Source: Styela clava
Taxonomy: Eukaryota
Reading direction: 5' to 3'
Length of the DNA: 64,000 bases
Assembly: GCF_964204865.1 (NCBI RefSeq)
Contig: NC_135252.1
Coordinates: 4,464,001 to 4,528,000 of the forward strand
Positions 23,234-35,002 of the stretch are shown here, piece after piece (the first letter of the stretch is position 1; each line of letters starts with the position of its first letter). Made by a program: the position numbers and the translations under genes. A model generated the notes under the pieces. It saw nothing but the letters and a program-made list of their open reading frames with translations, had not been told where the DNA came from and did no database searches.

Positions 23234-25057
23234 TTAAATTAATATTGTCGTGTCCATTACTGCACTTTCAGCGTTCTCAGGAAATCTTGATTTTAGCAAT
23301 TTGTTTTCTGATTTTAATCGAGCTACTTCCTCTTCAAGATCTTGTGCGCGAGTGAATTGCTGTTTTAAATATCGCCGAATGTACAATGCACTTGAAATCA
23401 ACAAATGCTTTCGCTCTACTGTTCTCATTTTTCTCACAGATGCTTTATATCGAGATAACACTAATTGATATCGTTTACGACAGTTGCATTTAAATGACTT
23501 GGACAATTGATTTTTTTCTGATTCCACTTTGTGTGCTTTTCTAGAACTTTGGATATTTGGGTATGCAAGACCAGAGTATTTTTTCTTTAAATTATATTTT
23601 TTGATTAAAACAATGCAGTCAGTTCCATATTGCCAAGTACGAGCACATTCACTATTCGGTTTTGCCTTTTCACCAAGCACTAAGATCTGCTTTTTTCTAT
23701 CTGCATGCGTAGTTTGTATAATCCCTATCACAGCAGAACTTCCACTAGTATTGCTTTCAGATTCAGTTATGCTCTCCGGTTTAAGCCTAGACTTTGAGAT
23801 TTTTAAACGAATTTTGCCTTGTTTTTCTGTCGTAAAGTCCTTCGGATTTGCCTTACGCTTTGCTGCTTTTGTCTGCAGCTCAATGTTTGAAAGTTCTTGT
23901 CCTCTATCAGAGGATTCCTCGCTTGAACATTCATAGTCAAAAGAAACAATTTGAGCAGCATAGTTTGACCCATAAACTTTTTCAGTCTGTATGATGTATT
24001 CTTTCATTTCAGCATTAGCTTTATTCCAACTTTTAGTTATCTTGATTTGTAATTCTGAAGGACTAACAACAATGCTTCTCATACTATCAACTTTAACCCA
24101 TGCTCTCTCATGATGACCACCAAAAAATCGAACATCCACTTGATCATTATTTACTTGAATAACCTTAGCAGGCCAATATTCAAATCCTTTTTGCTTGGCC
24201 CAAACAACTCTATGAGGTGGCTGACATGGAGTGCTAAACCAATCTTTTGTTGGTTTTGTGCTGGACAGAAAGTAACAGTTAGAGCATAAAGACAATTCCT
24301 TGACTTCATGCATACATGTTTCCAACACACTTTTGGCAGATTTTGAATATTCATGGTTTTCACCGAGCAGAAGTATGCAATTATGAACAATCAGTTCTAC
24401 ATAACAAAGAAAATCCAAGGCAACTTCAAATTTATTCTCTTTACATAACTTCTCCAGTTCATATAAATTCATATGCTGCTTTATAAAGTAATTATAATGC
24501 ATATAACCTTCCGCATCAGGATGATGCGATATCTCTGGAAAATTTTCCATTGCTCGGTGAGCAATAAATCTCAAACATTTGTTAAATATTTCCTTACTTT
24601 TTCTGGTATGATTGACATCCAATAACGCAGTATTTTTCCGTCTACAGTATTTACAACTTTTGGTTTCTTCTATTGAATTTTCCATACATTCCTTATGAAA
24701 AGCTTTCACACAATCTTTGCATTTCAAGAGTCTACCAGGTTTATGACATATGAAACAATACCAATCATGAGTTTGTTCATACCAGTGAACTTTAGAATCT
24801 TCTGGAATCCAATAACCTTCTTGTTCCATCCCAGCTTTGGAACCTTTGCAACCAACTGAAACCGTTTCTACAACCATATTGTCCTTCACAGCCTTCAAAA
24901 TATGATGTAAAATTTCTTTTGGAGTATAGGAGTACTCTCTTTGTATAACTTTAGATATTCGGGAAAGATTGGCAATTTGACGTTGGCCACGAATAACATC
25001 AATTGCTTTCCAAATACGCTGAAGAGCAACGGGTTCAGAATGTCTACAAAATGACAT
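23234..25057 (-). CDS. ZMYND11: ZMYND11/BS69-like protein (winged helix, PHD, bromo, Zn finger, PWWP, coiled coil), intronless, no MYND finger
   Basis: 607-aa ORF. IWKAIDVIRGQRQIANLSRI...VETVSVGCKGSKAGMEQEGYWIP...HDWYCFICHKPG and VWAKQKGFEYWPAKVIQVNNDQVDVRFFGGHHERAWV closely match ZMYND11. Confidence 0.92.
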   Translation of the reverse strand: MSFCRHSEPVALQRIWKAIDVIRGQRQIANLSRISKVIQREYSYTPKEILHHILKAVKDNMVVETVSVGCKGSKAGMEQEGYWIPEDSKVHWYEQTHDWYCFICHKPGRLLKCKDCVKAFHKECMENSIEETKSCKYCRRKNTALLDVNHTRKSKEIFNKCLRFIAHRAMENFPEISHHPDAEGYMHYNYFIKQHMNLYELEKLCKENKFEVALDFLCYVELIVHNCILLLGENHEYSKSAKSVLETCMHEVKELSLCSNCYFLSSTKPTKDWFSTPCQPPHRVVWAKQKGFEYWPAKVIQVNNDQVDVRFFGGHHERAWVKVDSMRSIVVSPSELQIKITKSWNKANAEMKEYIIQTEKVYGSNYAAQIVSFDYECSSEESSDRGQELSNIELQTKAAKRKANPKDFTTEKQGKIRLKISKSRLKPESITESESNTSGSSAVIGIIQTTHADRKKQILVLGEKAKPNSECARTWQYGTDCIVLIKKYNLKKKYSGLAYPNIQSSRKAHKVESEKNQLSKSFKCNCRKRYQLVLSRYKASVRKMRTVERKHLLISSALYIRRYLKQQFTRAQDLEEEVARLKSENKLLKSRFPENAESAVMDTTILI

Positions 25058-26178
25058 TTTGTTTTATTAGGGTTTTTAAAATCTTTAGGCTAAATAAAAG
25101 AATAGAATGTTATACAAATATGTACAAAAAATAAACAAAATTCTGCTAAAGCAGCCACCGGTTGAAAGGTTGAAAATTAAGCATCGTCAGTTGTCATAAT
25201 ATGGTATTTGTTAGATCAAGACATTACAAGAATATGAAACTTATTCCTGTCAACTTAGGTATACAATTAAAAATATGATTGCTGACGATTCAGCAGTATC
25301 CATCAGCAAGTGAAAACAAATTGTCAAACGGAACCTTATTCTATTAAAACTGATCATAAAGCAATGGTATAACTCAACAGTTTATTTTCACTTCACACTA
25401 TGACAGGGATAGGCAGAAACAGAATAATCCACATCCCAAACACAGGATGAAAAATAATTATGAATATGAAATATCTGAATCAAGGGTGTGTAACATTTTT
25501 TATCAATGGGCCATATAACCAACATCAGACATCTAGTTGAGTCACACAAGAAATTTAGCAGTAAAGACAAGACGAGAGATTGCGGCTTTCGCTTAGCCTT
25601 ACAGTAATAAATGCATTGAGCAAAACAGCGAAAGATTCAATGCAGCGACAAGAGCAAAAAGAAACATTATGTATTTTATCCATGTGAGCGCCTTTATAAA
25701 CATAAAACATCATATTAGGATTTGACACCCCTGATCTAAATAATATTCTAATATAATATCACTTTGAAACTATTTATGTTTGCAGTTATATACGACAGAT
25801 GCTCCACAAAACAACTTTCATAGCAAAACATTTTAAAATAATAAAATTGCTCCCTGAAGAAGAGATGCTAAAATCAGACATCAAACCTCATACTTTTTTA
25901 TAGCCTAATTCATGGATCTAATACAACAAAATTTCACAATCATAAAATTGTTTATACTCCGTAATATTATTAAGTACATCACAATATTAGCACAATGTCC
26001 ACATACTTTCGTCTTAAACAAGTCTCTGGATAAGGCATTAGTGCATACAGACTTCCCACAAGACCCGTATTTTGGGGAATAAAAGGTTGTCATTCTCACA
26101 ACAGTGCACCTTCGGTGACATCCTGTGGTAACAACACATTTACTGATGACATTATATGGTAATGCGCCAATGTCACTG

Positions 26179-27111
26179 TCATTGAGTCATTCTCTTTTTT
26201 ATTCCATACTTTCCTCTATGAAGCTGTGAAGCAAATATCCGTACAGACACACCTGATGTTTTGCGAATTGTAATTTCTCTGTCAGCGATCACTGTAATAA
26301 CTCCACTGAACTTTGTGTTATCTTTGTAATTATAAATAAAAACTGGCTGCCCCCTGTGATACCATTTCTTATCATATAATAATTTTCCTCCCTCGATTCG
26401 AGCTTCTACTGGTTGTCCACTCGTATTGTGAGATTCCACTGATATTTCATGAGAAAGTTTTGCTGGTTTGCCTTTGTTAATGATTTTAAGATCTTCTAGA
26501 ATTTCTTCATCATCAAGTACAAAATTTAGTTGCGTTGGACTCGGTTTTCGGCGTTTATCATTATTTGCTGGGGCAGGGTCATGTGCTCGTCGACGTAAAT
26601 TACGTTTCACTTGTGTTTTCGCATCTCCCATTGAAGGACAAACTCCTGTGAGCTCCATTGTATGACGCTCAGATTCGATCATTTTCTTTTTCTCCTGTAA
26701 TTCTGCAATTAAGTTTTCTTTTAATTCAACCTTCTTTTCATCAAAGTCTTTCATAGCAGCTTTTTTCTCTCGTTCATATTCTTGTTCAACTTTATACAAT
26801 AAATATTCTTGATGTGCATGAGCTTGTCTTTGTCTATCTTTGTGAACTTGTTCCAGTTTCTTCAATCTTTTACAATATTCTTGCAAAGTGCCAGAATCAA
26901 GTTGTGCTAGTTGCTTTTTTAGTTGACCAAGTTTGTCCCTATATATCTGGTCCAAAGCTTCTTCTTCAAATTTAGCTCGGTCAGTTTCACTAGCGTCATC
27001 CGTGTCTTCATCATGACCTCTGCTTTGCCTGCTCGATCTCCCCTCACTATTCTTTGGTGATTTTTCATCATCAAAACTGTCATATTCATCTTCTTCCGAC
27101 ATTTTCTTCAT
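26179..27111 (-). CDS. SUDS3: Sin3 histone deacetylase corepressor subunit SDS3, intronless
   Basis: 310-aa ORF. DEDTDDASETD...YRDKLGQLKKQLAQLDSGTLQEYCKRLKKLE; KVELKENLIAELQEKKKMIESER; EARIEGGKLLYDKKWYHRGQ. Confidence 0.95.
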   Translation of the reverse strand: MKKMSEEDEYDSFDDEKSPKNSEGRSSRQSRGHDEDTDDASETDRAKFEEEALDQIYRDKLGQLKKQLAQLDSGTLQEYCKRLKKLEQVHKDRQRQAHAHQEYLLYKVEQEYEREKKAAMKDFDEKKVELKENLIAELQEKKKMIESERHTMELTGVCPSMGDAKTQVKRNLRRRAHDPAPANNDKRRKPSPTQLNFVLDDEEILEDLKIINKGKPAKLSHEISVESHNTSGQPVEARIEGGKLLYDKKWYHRGQPVFIYNYKDNTKFSGVITVIADREITIRKTSGVSVRIFASQLHRGKYGIKKRMTQ

Positions 27112-27335
27112 TTAGAGGCCTACTGTTTATAAGTTGTGAATAATTAGGATCTGCGTGGACACAAAGCGATACTTTTACAAGAATATCACATCTCCAATAT
27201 TGTAATATGACTTTTATGCTACCACCACTATCTGACTACCGGTACAGGACTATAGAGAATATCCAGTCTCTGATCCATACGGTCATACCTGGGTCTACTG
27301 GTCTAGGTAGTTTAGTCAGTTAGTACAACAAGCAT

Positions 27336-27560
27336 TTCTAGTGGGAGTAGCATAACGATTTCTGCATACAGGCATAGGCCTATCCTATGTCATTTCTAAC
27401 CCCCATGACTATGCCATGTAAAACGCACGGTACCGGTACGTCACTGCAACGTCACAATCACTGAATAAAAGCTTGTCAAAGTACAGCGATTACCCGTAAA
27501 GGCGCATGCGAGTATGGAACAAACGCCGGCGACCTCTCTCGTACCTTCACCGTTTCGCAG
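27336..27560 (+). mobile_element. Degenerate half-copy of the palindromic MITE in the SUDS3/THUMPD3 promoter
   Basis: TTCTAGTGGGAGTAGCATAACGATTT...CTAACCCCC...TACGTCACTGCAACGTCACAATCAC...GCGACCTCTCTC aligns by eye to 8670-8857. Confidence 0.7.
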
Positions 27561-27684
27561 AGCTAAAATGAATACGCAACTCAAGCGAGACACCAATTTT
27601 GACCAACGTTCACGATATCCTCATCTGAGCAACTTGTGATTTCGTGGGTAAGCACATTAATTTACATTCATGCAACTATATTGT

Positions 27685-27952
27685 ACCACACTTAAGTAAC
27701 GAGGCATTGTATGTTTTCGCTCTAAGCGAGGCTTTAGACAAGCAGAAGCGGACGTATTAATCTACGTTTACACAATGGGTGTAGTTGGGACCATACACCT
27801 AAAACCAGAAAGACTTGTTATTATACCGTGTGTCCTGCGATAGGTCATGTACCGGTATTGTGTCACACTTCATTAATAAGGCGTTATACGTTTTCACTCT
27901 AAGCAAGGCTTTAGTCAAGCAGGAACGGACGTATTAATTTACGTTCACGCAA
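27685..27952. repeat. Imperfect tandem duplication (~180-bp period)
   Basis: GTTTTCGCTCTAAGCGAGGCTTTAGACAAGCAGAAGCGGACGTATTAAT recurs at ~27713 and ~27890. Confidence 0.8.
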
Positions 27953-27974
27953 CACACACGTGAATACTATGACA

Positions 27975-28160
27975 GTTTAGCAGACATTTCCATTTTAGTA
28001 TGGACATAGCCAATTTACTGATTTAGCAGAGACATAGCCTTTTTACTTTAGTATGGGCATTGCTATTTCAGTATGAACATAGCCGTTTTAGGATGGACAT
28101 AGCCATTTTAGTAGGGCATAGGCATAGCAAACATATATAGCAATTTTAGTAGGGACATAT
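27975..28160. repeat. ~20-bp minisatellite (TTTTAGTATGGACATAGCCA-like), ~8 degenerate copies
   Basis: Repeated TTTAGTATGGACATAGC units. Confidence 0.8.
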
Positions 28161-28628
28161 CGTACCAAGCGCATAACAAACAATAAAAACAAAATAATTA
28201 CAGAATCAGGAGGGCAAACAAAGCCTTATGTAAGCTTTAGAAGGTGCCAAATTTAAATTAAAAGTTTTACAACCGAAAGGAAGTGGAAAATATAGAATTA
28301 ATTCAAACACAGCAAAACAGATAAAACAAATAAATAACGAGGGAAACTTAGGATAATGTTTCATAGTCTGATAGTACTATAACAAATAAAGTAGAAAACT
28401 AGAACTGTGAAAAATGAATCACATTGATAATTTTGTTATATGGATTGCCAATTTGAATACCGAATTGATAAACAATAAACTGAAATTGTGAAATAAACCC
28501 ACTTTATGTTAAGGGCAGATGGTATCTCATTTTACTGGTGATACGGTCAACAAATAAGGCATAGTTATGAACGACCACCCTTTTACCCCTTCTCTTTATA
28601 CTCACTCCCATCTTATTTTTCCTAAAGT

Positions 28629-31600
28629 ATGAATCCCAACCATATTAACCCAGACAATAATGTCACTGTTGCTGCATCTGTGGCAACAGGGCTTGAAAAA
28701 GTGGCTGCAAATGAAATACAAGAAAAATTTCCATATATGGATAAGAGTGATGTAATTGTCAAGCAAGGTCGTGTGTATTGGAAAACAAACAGAAGTTCTT
28801 TAGCACTTGCTCATAAATTGAGGTCGATTGATCGCATGTTTTTGATTGTAAAAACATGTGAAAACTATATTTACAAGGAAACTAAAGAAGAATCTTATGC
28901 TGATCTTGTACAATTAGCAAGAGAAATCAACTGGTCTGATATTGTAAAATTTTGGGGCTACAATAAGCAGTACTGCAAAGGTAAATCAAGACAAGAAAAC
29001 CTTTACAAAAAGTACCCAAAATCTCAGGCAAAAGGCAATTCCTATTGCAACGGGGATAAATTGGATGACTCTCCTAGGGAACCAGCAAAAGATGACATTT
29101 TAGCATCATCTGATACTGAGCCTCAAGAACCAAAAAAGCCACGAACAAGTCAAAATGGGACTCCTATTGTACCCAATATAGCCCCAGATGGAACATTGGT
29201 GCGATATCGTGTCACAACTAATAGAGTTGGAAAAAAACAACCTGTCACTTCCCCCGAAGCATCTTATCGATTTGGAGGCGAGATTCAAGATATTACAGAT
29301 TGGCAGGTGAGGTTTTGTTTTCTAACATTATATTGTAAAAGATTGGACTGATTGTCTACACTCTACAGCAGCGTTTCCCAAACTGTGTTCCGCCGAACAC
29401 TAGTGTTTCGCGAGCGTCTTCCGAGTGTTCTGTGAAAAATAAATCAAAAATACGTCTAAATGGGTCACCATGGCGATCTAGGGATCGTGAAGTTGTCGCC
29501 CAACTGACCGTTCAATATCGTGTCACCGTTGGCCTAAAGCGGACTAACTAAGGTAAGGTAGGGGCATATTCGTTAACCGTCGGCCTAGCTTTTTGACTGT
29601 TAAGTTCATTATCAAGTTTGCAGCAATCCTTTTGGTTTTGCTATAGGCAAACAGGTAGGTCTTAAGAATAAAGGCAAATGGTCAACTCTTCTTCCGTCAT
29701 CTCTGTCTGATTTTACTTTGAAATGCCGAAAAAATTACTCATGTTCGCTAAACTCGATTCAGCAGATAAATAAACTGCAGCTCGCGAAGTTGCAGAAAGT
29801 ACTTCTGTGTAAAACCACGGGCTGCCCATTTGTTTAACATAGGCTTTCTAGTAGTTGCAAGCAAAAATACTTTGGCCCCATGACATGCATTGTTTGTTTC
29901 GCACAAGCTAGTTAGGGCATTGTAACTTCATAGGCATAGATAAAAAATATTTGGACTCAGTTACGGTATATGCTTTACAACGTAAAGGGATTGAAATTAC
30001 TTGCACGTACCAGATTAAACCAAATTGCTAACTTGTTACAATTTTTTCTTGTGAACCGCATTCGGCCCATGGGCCACAGTTTGCACACTCGTGTTCGACA
30101 GCCTTGATCACATTAAATTTCAAATCATTTCATAAAAAAAAATATTCTTATGCTGTCAATATCATTTATTAATAAATATCAAATTTTCAAAATGGATTGA
30201 AATTTACAAAGTGTGTTCATTTCAGGTTGATTTGTCAAATTACAACTTGGAGATTATGCTATGTCTAGGAGAGAGTTCATTGGAAGTTGCAGTAGCATTG
30301 ACTCTTCAGAGTTTGCACAGAAGGTTATTATTAAAACAATATCTCAGTTGGTCAATAAGCCATATATTTAACAACATTATTACAAATGAAATAGATAATG
30401 GTATAAATTCTATTTTGTGTTTCAACTGCAGTCATATTTTGCTTTGTCTACAAATAGATCACCCCCGTTTTTCATCATTCAAGATTGAGTCACGAATGCC
30501 TTCTTATTTGCTGTTGTTGACATTATTGTTGCTTGTATTTAAAAATGTTATTTTAAATGCCAGTTTCATCCTATAATATTTTTCGTTTAAAAAATGTCAA
30601 TTAGGCTGAGCTAAATAAGCAATTGAAATGTTGTACAGCACATCTTGAAATATGTAAATATTCACCAAGGTTTTTGAGAGTGTGAGGACTGAGGAGGTTA
30701 AAAGACACTTGTTTAGCGTAGTAATTTTATTAAAATGGGGATCTTTTAACCTTAATTAAACATAGTTATTGATATCTCTTTTTATTTTTAGGAATATTAC
30801 TCATTTTGGTGCAACCACACTACGTGCTACAACTGCTTATTGCATGCTTAGAATGTGTAATATACAGACGGGAGAATTGGTTGTCGACCCAATGTGTGGT
30901 TCAGGTGCTATACCAGTTGAAGGTGCTTTGGAATGGCCAAATAGTTATCATATAGGAGGTATTGATTGCTTTGTGTCATTTAGTTCAATGTAAAAAATAA
31001 CAGCATAATAAACTCAGCTCTAAATTTTAGGTGACAACACTAGTTCGGCCACAGAAAGATGTTCTTGTAATTTACAATTTATTAACGAAAATCCAGATTT
31101 TGTAGATGGACACCATGAAAAAGACAAAAGGTTGGTGATTATGATTTAAAATTGAAAAATACTCCAGTGTTAAATAAGGTAGACTTTGTCTAAAAAGAGA
31201 TGAAAATGCTGGCTTTCATAGATTCATGATAAAAGGAAGTACAGTATTCTACAAATTATATCTTTTGGATCACTATATATAAACTTTATCATTTTATTAT
31301 GTGATATGGATTTCTGACAAAAATTAAAATCAGAAACAAGTGTAATGGTGACGAATTTCAATGTTCTTGGTAACGGTAGAACATCGCTGCAGTCATGCAT
31401 TTTACCCTGCTTTTCTTTAGTTGAAAATGCATCAATTACTGGTGTATTATAGATTCCGGTCGACATCTTTTGGATTTTATCATTGTATAAACTTATTTAT
31501 TTGATTGTCCTTATCAATAATAACCATCCTATTTTGCAAAGAATGAACCTCAGAGCAGATACCATACAATGGGATGTTACTTGTCTTCCACTGAAGACTA

Positions 31601-32406
31601 ATTCAATCGATGTTGTGGTATCAGATTTACCATTTGGGAAACGTGTTGGATCTAAAGTTGATAATCGTAAACTGTATCCAGCATTATTAAAAGAACTTGC
31701 ACGAGTAACTATATGTGACAGTGGAAGAGCATGTTTGCTCACACAGGTATAATAGCCTTTACTTTAATTGTTAACATAGTTTGGTATGTGGATTGAATTC
31801 TTAGTTCTGCTTAGTGGTGCCTGGTTCGCAGACCATCATAGACACTTGTGACAATTATTGACCCGTTGTGTCTTCAGACAAAGGACACTTATGAAATTTC
31901 ATATTTGTGGGTTCGGTATTGTTAGTTACAGTTAGCCTTAACTTTGATAGCCTTTGAGGTTTAAGATCTTGGGCTGAAATCCCATGCTCACCACCTCACA
32001 CAGGGTGTAATAAATTGGCTATGCGATGTCGAATTGAAATAATTTTGGTTCGTCCTAAATGAAAGTTGCACCTTATCAATGACTGCTTATGCACAGCCTT
32101 TTCCGAGCAACTGAAATGCAAGCTGAAATATTTCAGCTTTGAGCTATTTCTTGCTTCAATATGCTATGTGTATATCTTCATAGAAAATGGCCATTCATTA
32201 TTTATAAAAAACTGGCACAGTTTTTCTCCTATTAATTTCACCCTTTTAACATAATTTAGGACAAAAGAACAATTAAACGATCAATTGATGGACTTCACTT
32301 CCTATGGAAATTGAAAAAGACGCAATATATCAACATTGGTGGCTTGACAGCAGGAGTGTTCTTGTTGCAACGTACAAAGAATAATTTTGAGGACATGCCA
32401 AGCTAG
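28629..32406 (+). CDS. THUMPD3: THUMP-domain tRNA (guanine-N2) methyltransferase
   Basis: Exons 28629-29306, 30226-30323, 30792-30958, 31031-31130, 31542-31746, 32260-32406. ASVATGLEKVAANEI, YRVTTNRVG, FGATTLRATTAY, SAM motif VVDPMCGSGAIPVEG, VVSDLPFGKRVGSK. Confidence 0.92.
29369..30094 (+). mobile_element. Composite hAT-like MITE fragments in THUMPD3 intron 1
   Basis: CTCTACAG|CAGCGTTTCCCAAACTGTGTTCCGCCGAACACTAGTG left end (similar end at ~6587). GGCCCATGGGCCACAGTTTGCACAC right-end-like motif. No matching TSD. Confidence 0.5.
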
Positions 32407-32618
32407 ATTAAAAATGAAAGATTATAAGTCTGAAATTTCCTTCTCAGTTTATAGTCCCTTTGTTCAGATGTGTTTGCAGATGAATAGTATGCCAGTGAAT
32501 TACCATTTTGAAATTACCGCCATGTTACTGACTCTGTTCTGTTGGTCCTCATGAATTAATCATAATGACTGCTTTCAAATTTTCTTTAGGATTTATTTAA
32601 CTTCTATTAATCTATTAT

Positions 32619-34664
32619 ATGAATATGGATGCAAATGTTGTTACTTTGATTCATGATAATGGCTCGTCGGCAAAAATCCATTTATTTGGTGCAACAGTTA
32701 TATCATGGATTAATGATAATACAGAGCAGTTGTTCTTGAGCACTTTGTCAAAAATGGATGGAAGCAAGGCAATCAGAGGAGGAATACCAGTCGTATTTCG
32801 TAAGTAGAGGTAAATGTTATATTTTAAATTGTCCATTTGTGAAATTGCCATATTTATACCTGTGATTTCATTAGATGATTGGTACTTCATTGAAGTGTAG
32901 TTTCATATATTTTTGATATTACCAATCCAAAAATTTTTGTTTAGCGAACTTTGGTCCTTGGTCATGTGGTCCTCAACATGGGTTTGCTCGAATTTCATGG
33001 TGGAAGTTACAAAAACAGGAAAAGGTATGTCTATATATAACATAATCTTTACATCTATGACCTTATCTTGATGTTTTATAAAAGAACAATCCGTTTTTTT
33101 TATCAGTTAGAAGACTGTGTGAGAGCAACTTTTGTTTTAGAAGAAAATGATCACACATTATCATTGTGGAAATACAGGTTGGTCTCATGAAAAGATTCAA
33201 ATTTTGAAGCATCGACCTAGGATATTCAGTCTATTTGGCCCTTGCCGGCATCACCATTTTCTAGAAATTTGGTTTTGCTAATCCTTTTATCAGGCAACAT
33301 GAAATACCTATTATTAGTGTATTAACTTAAGCAGCCTATGTTCTGCTTCTTACAAACTCTATAGCTTGACAAATCACAAATATGGATTTCTGACAGAAAT
33401 TGAAATTAAAATAACGAGTGTGATTGTGAGTTGCAACAAAATCCAAATGTTCTTGGTAATGGTAAGACTTCATTGTGATTCAAATCCGCTTGAAGCAGCC
33501 ACATTTATCGGATTAAAGTTTACAAAAAAAATGATTTAAAGAACTTTGCTTTGTAAGAAGTATGCTGTGATTTTTTAGTGTGTTGTGAGCTGAAAAAGTT
33601 TGGATCACTGTGCCACAGTCATGCTTTTTAAGCCTGCTTTTATTTAGTTAATCCCATCATTTTTTTGTGTATTATAGATTCCGGTTGACATACACTGTTG
33701 AATTGAGACCACAGGAGTTAGAGACATCTCTTTCCATATCGAACACTGGTACCGAATCATTTGATTTCACAGCTTTGCTTCATACGTACTTCAGAGTGTC
33801 AAGCATTAAAGAGTGTTCAGTCACTGGGTTTGAAGGCTGTACATACAATGACAAGGTAGTCTTATAATGAACTAAAGTGATTTTTGTTTATCTCATTCGT
33901 TTAAGCCATCTAAAATGAATTTGTTTAACAGGTTACTAAGGAAGATGGGAGAGTGGAAAATCGTGAAAAAATTCACGTTGATGCTAATGTGGACTCTGTA
34001 TACATTTCTTCAGGAACCAAATGTCATTTTGTATCCAGTCAGGGGAGGAAAATCAAAATAGAAAAACAAAATCTCAAGGATACAGGTTATATAATAAAAA
34101 CTTTATGAATTCCATTTCATTGACAGATTTTTCATATTTATACCAGAGGAGTAGAAGATAAAACTGCTCAATATGAAGAGGAACAATGATTCTCAGTTGA
34201 TTACCAGATCAGATCTGGTATTATAACGACTCAGTTAATAATTACAGATCCACAATATATAGTGGAGGGAGCTGGTACACGAACCACATGGAAGAGTAGT
34301 GTAATAGGTTGTATCAAAAACACAGAGCATTTAGTATAAATTGACAGGCACTTGGTTTATAAGAAAATTTGCTTAAAGTAAAGTAACCTCTATTATTGCA
34401 TAGCAATCTAATTTTCTATAGACTATTTATCACGAGGCCCAAAGATTTTGGTGACCACTCGTGGCTTTGCTTATGAGTAAATGCATTTTGTGTATTTCAG
34501 TTCTTTGGAATCCATGGTCTGCCAAAGCAAAAGAAATGTCGGACTTTGATGATGAAGGTTATTTGAATATGATTTGTGTTGAAGCTGGACATGTCAGTGA
34601 AAGGAAAGTTTTACAGCCAGGCGAAATATTTGGTTGTGGTCAGAAGTTGAAAATTGTGAACTAA
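32619..34664 (+). CDS. Glucose-6-phosphate 1-epimerase / D-hexose-6-phosphate mutarotase (aldose epimerase family)
   Basis: Exons 32619-32799, 32945-33024, 33107-33177, 33678-33855, 33932-34085, 34501-34664. GATVISW, AIRGGIPVVFPNFG, QHGFAR, ALLHTYF, VLWNPW and MICVEAG retain the family's catalytic His and Glu positions. Confidence 0.92.
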
Positions 34665-35002
34665 CTACCATTACTTTTCCTAATATCAATGTTGCACTTA
34701 ATTATAAGGTTTATTTATTTTTCCTATGGGTCATTGTGCAGTACTATATGCCATGGATGTCTGTCTATAGGCCCAGTAGGCATTGAGAAATACAATAAAA
34801 ACATATGTGATCTTGTCTTGATCATCACAACTTGGGCAAAAATATTTCAGGTTGCCTATTTGCTATTTATCAGAGGAGTGCTTCACCGAAATTCAGACTT
34901 ATTTTCAATGATGCAGTATCATGTAATGAAATCTAGCTGCAAAATACAACATATGAAAAATGAAGTCAGCTGCATGAAATATAATAGCATCGTTTTATCA
35001 AT

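Noticed and set aside
23250-24390. Antisense and alternate-frame ORFs over ZMYND11-like (likewise over LETM1, PIGA and SUDS3)
   Set aside because: Shadow ORFs of real coding sequence.
31508-31541. U12-type intron in THUMPD3 (TCCTTATC near the acceptor)
   Set aside because: The donor is GTTGGT, not the U12 consensus GTATCCTT.
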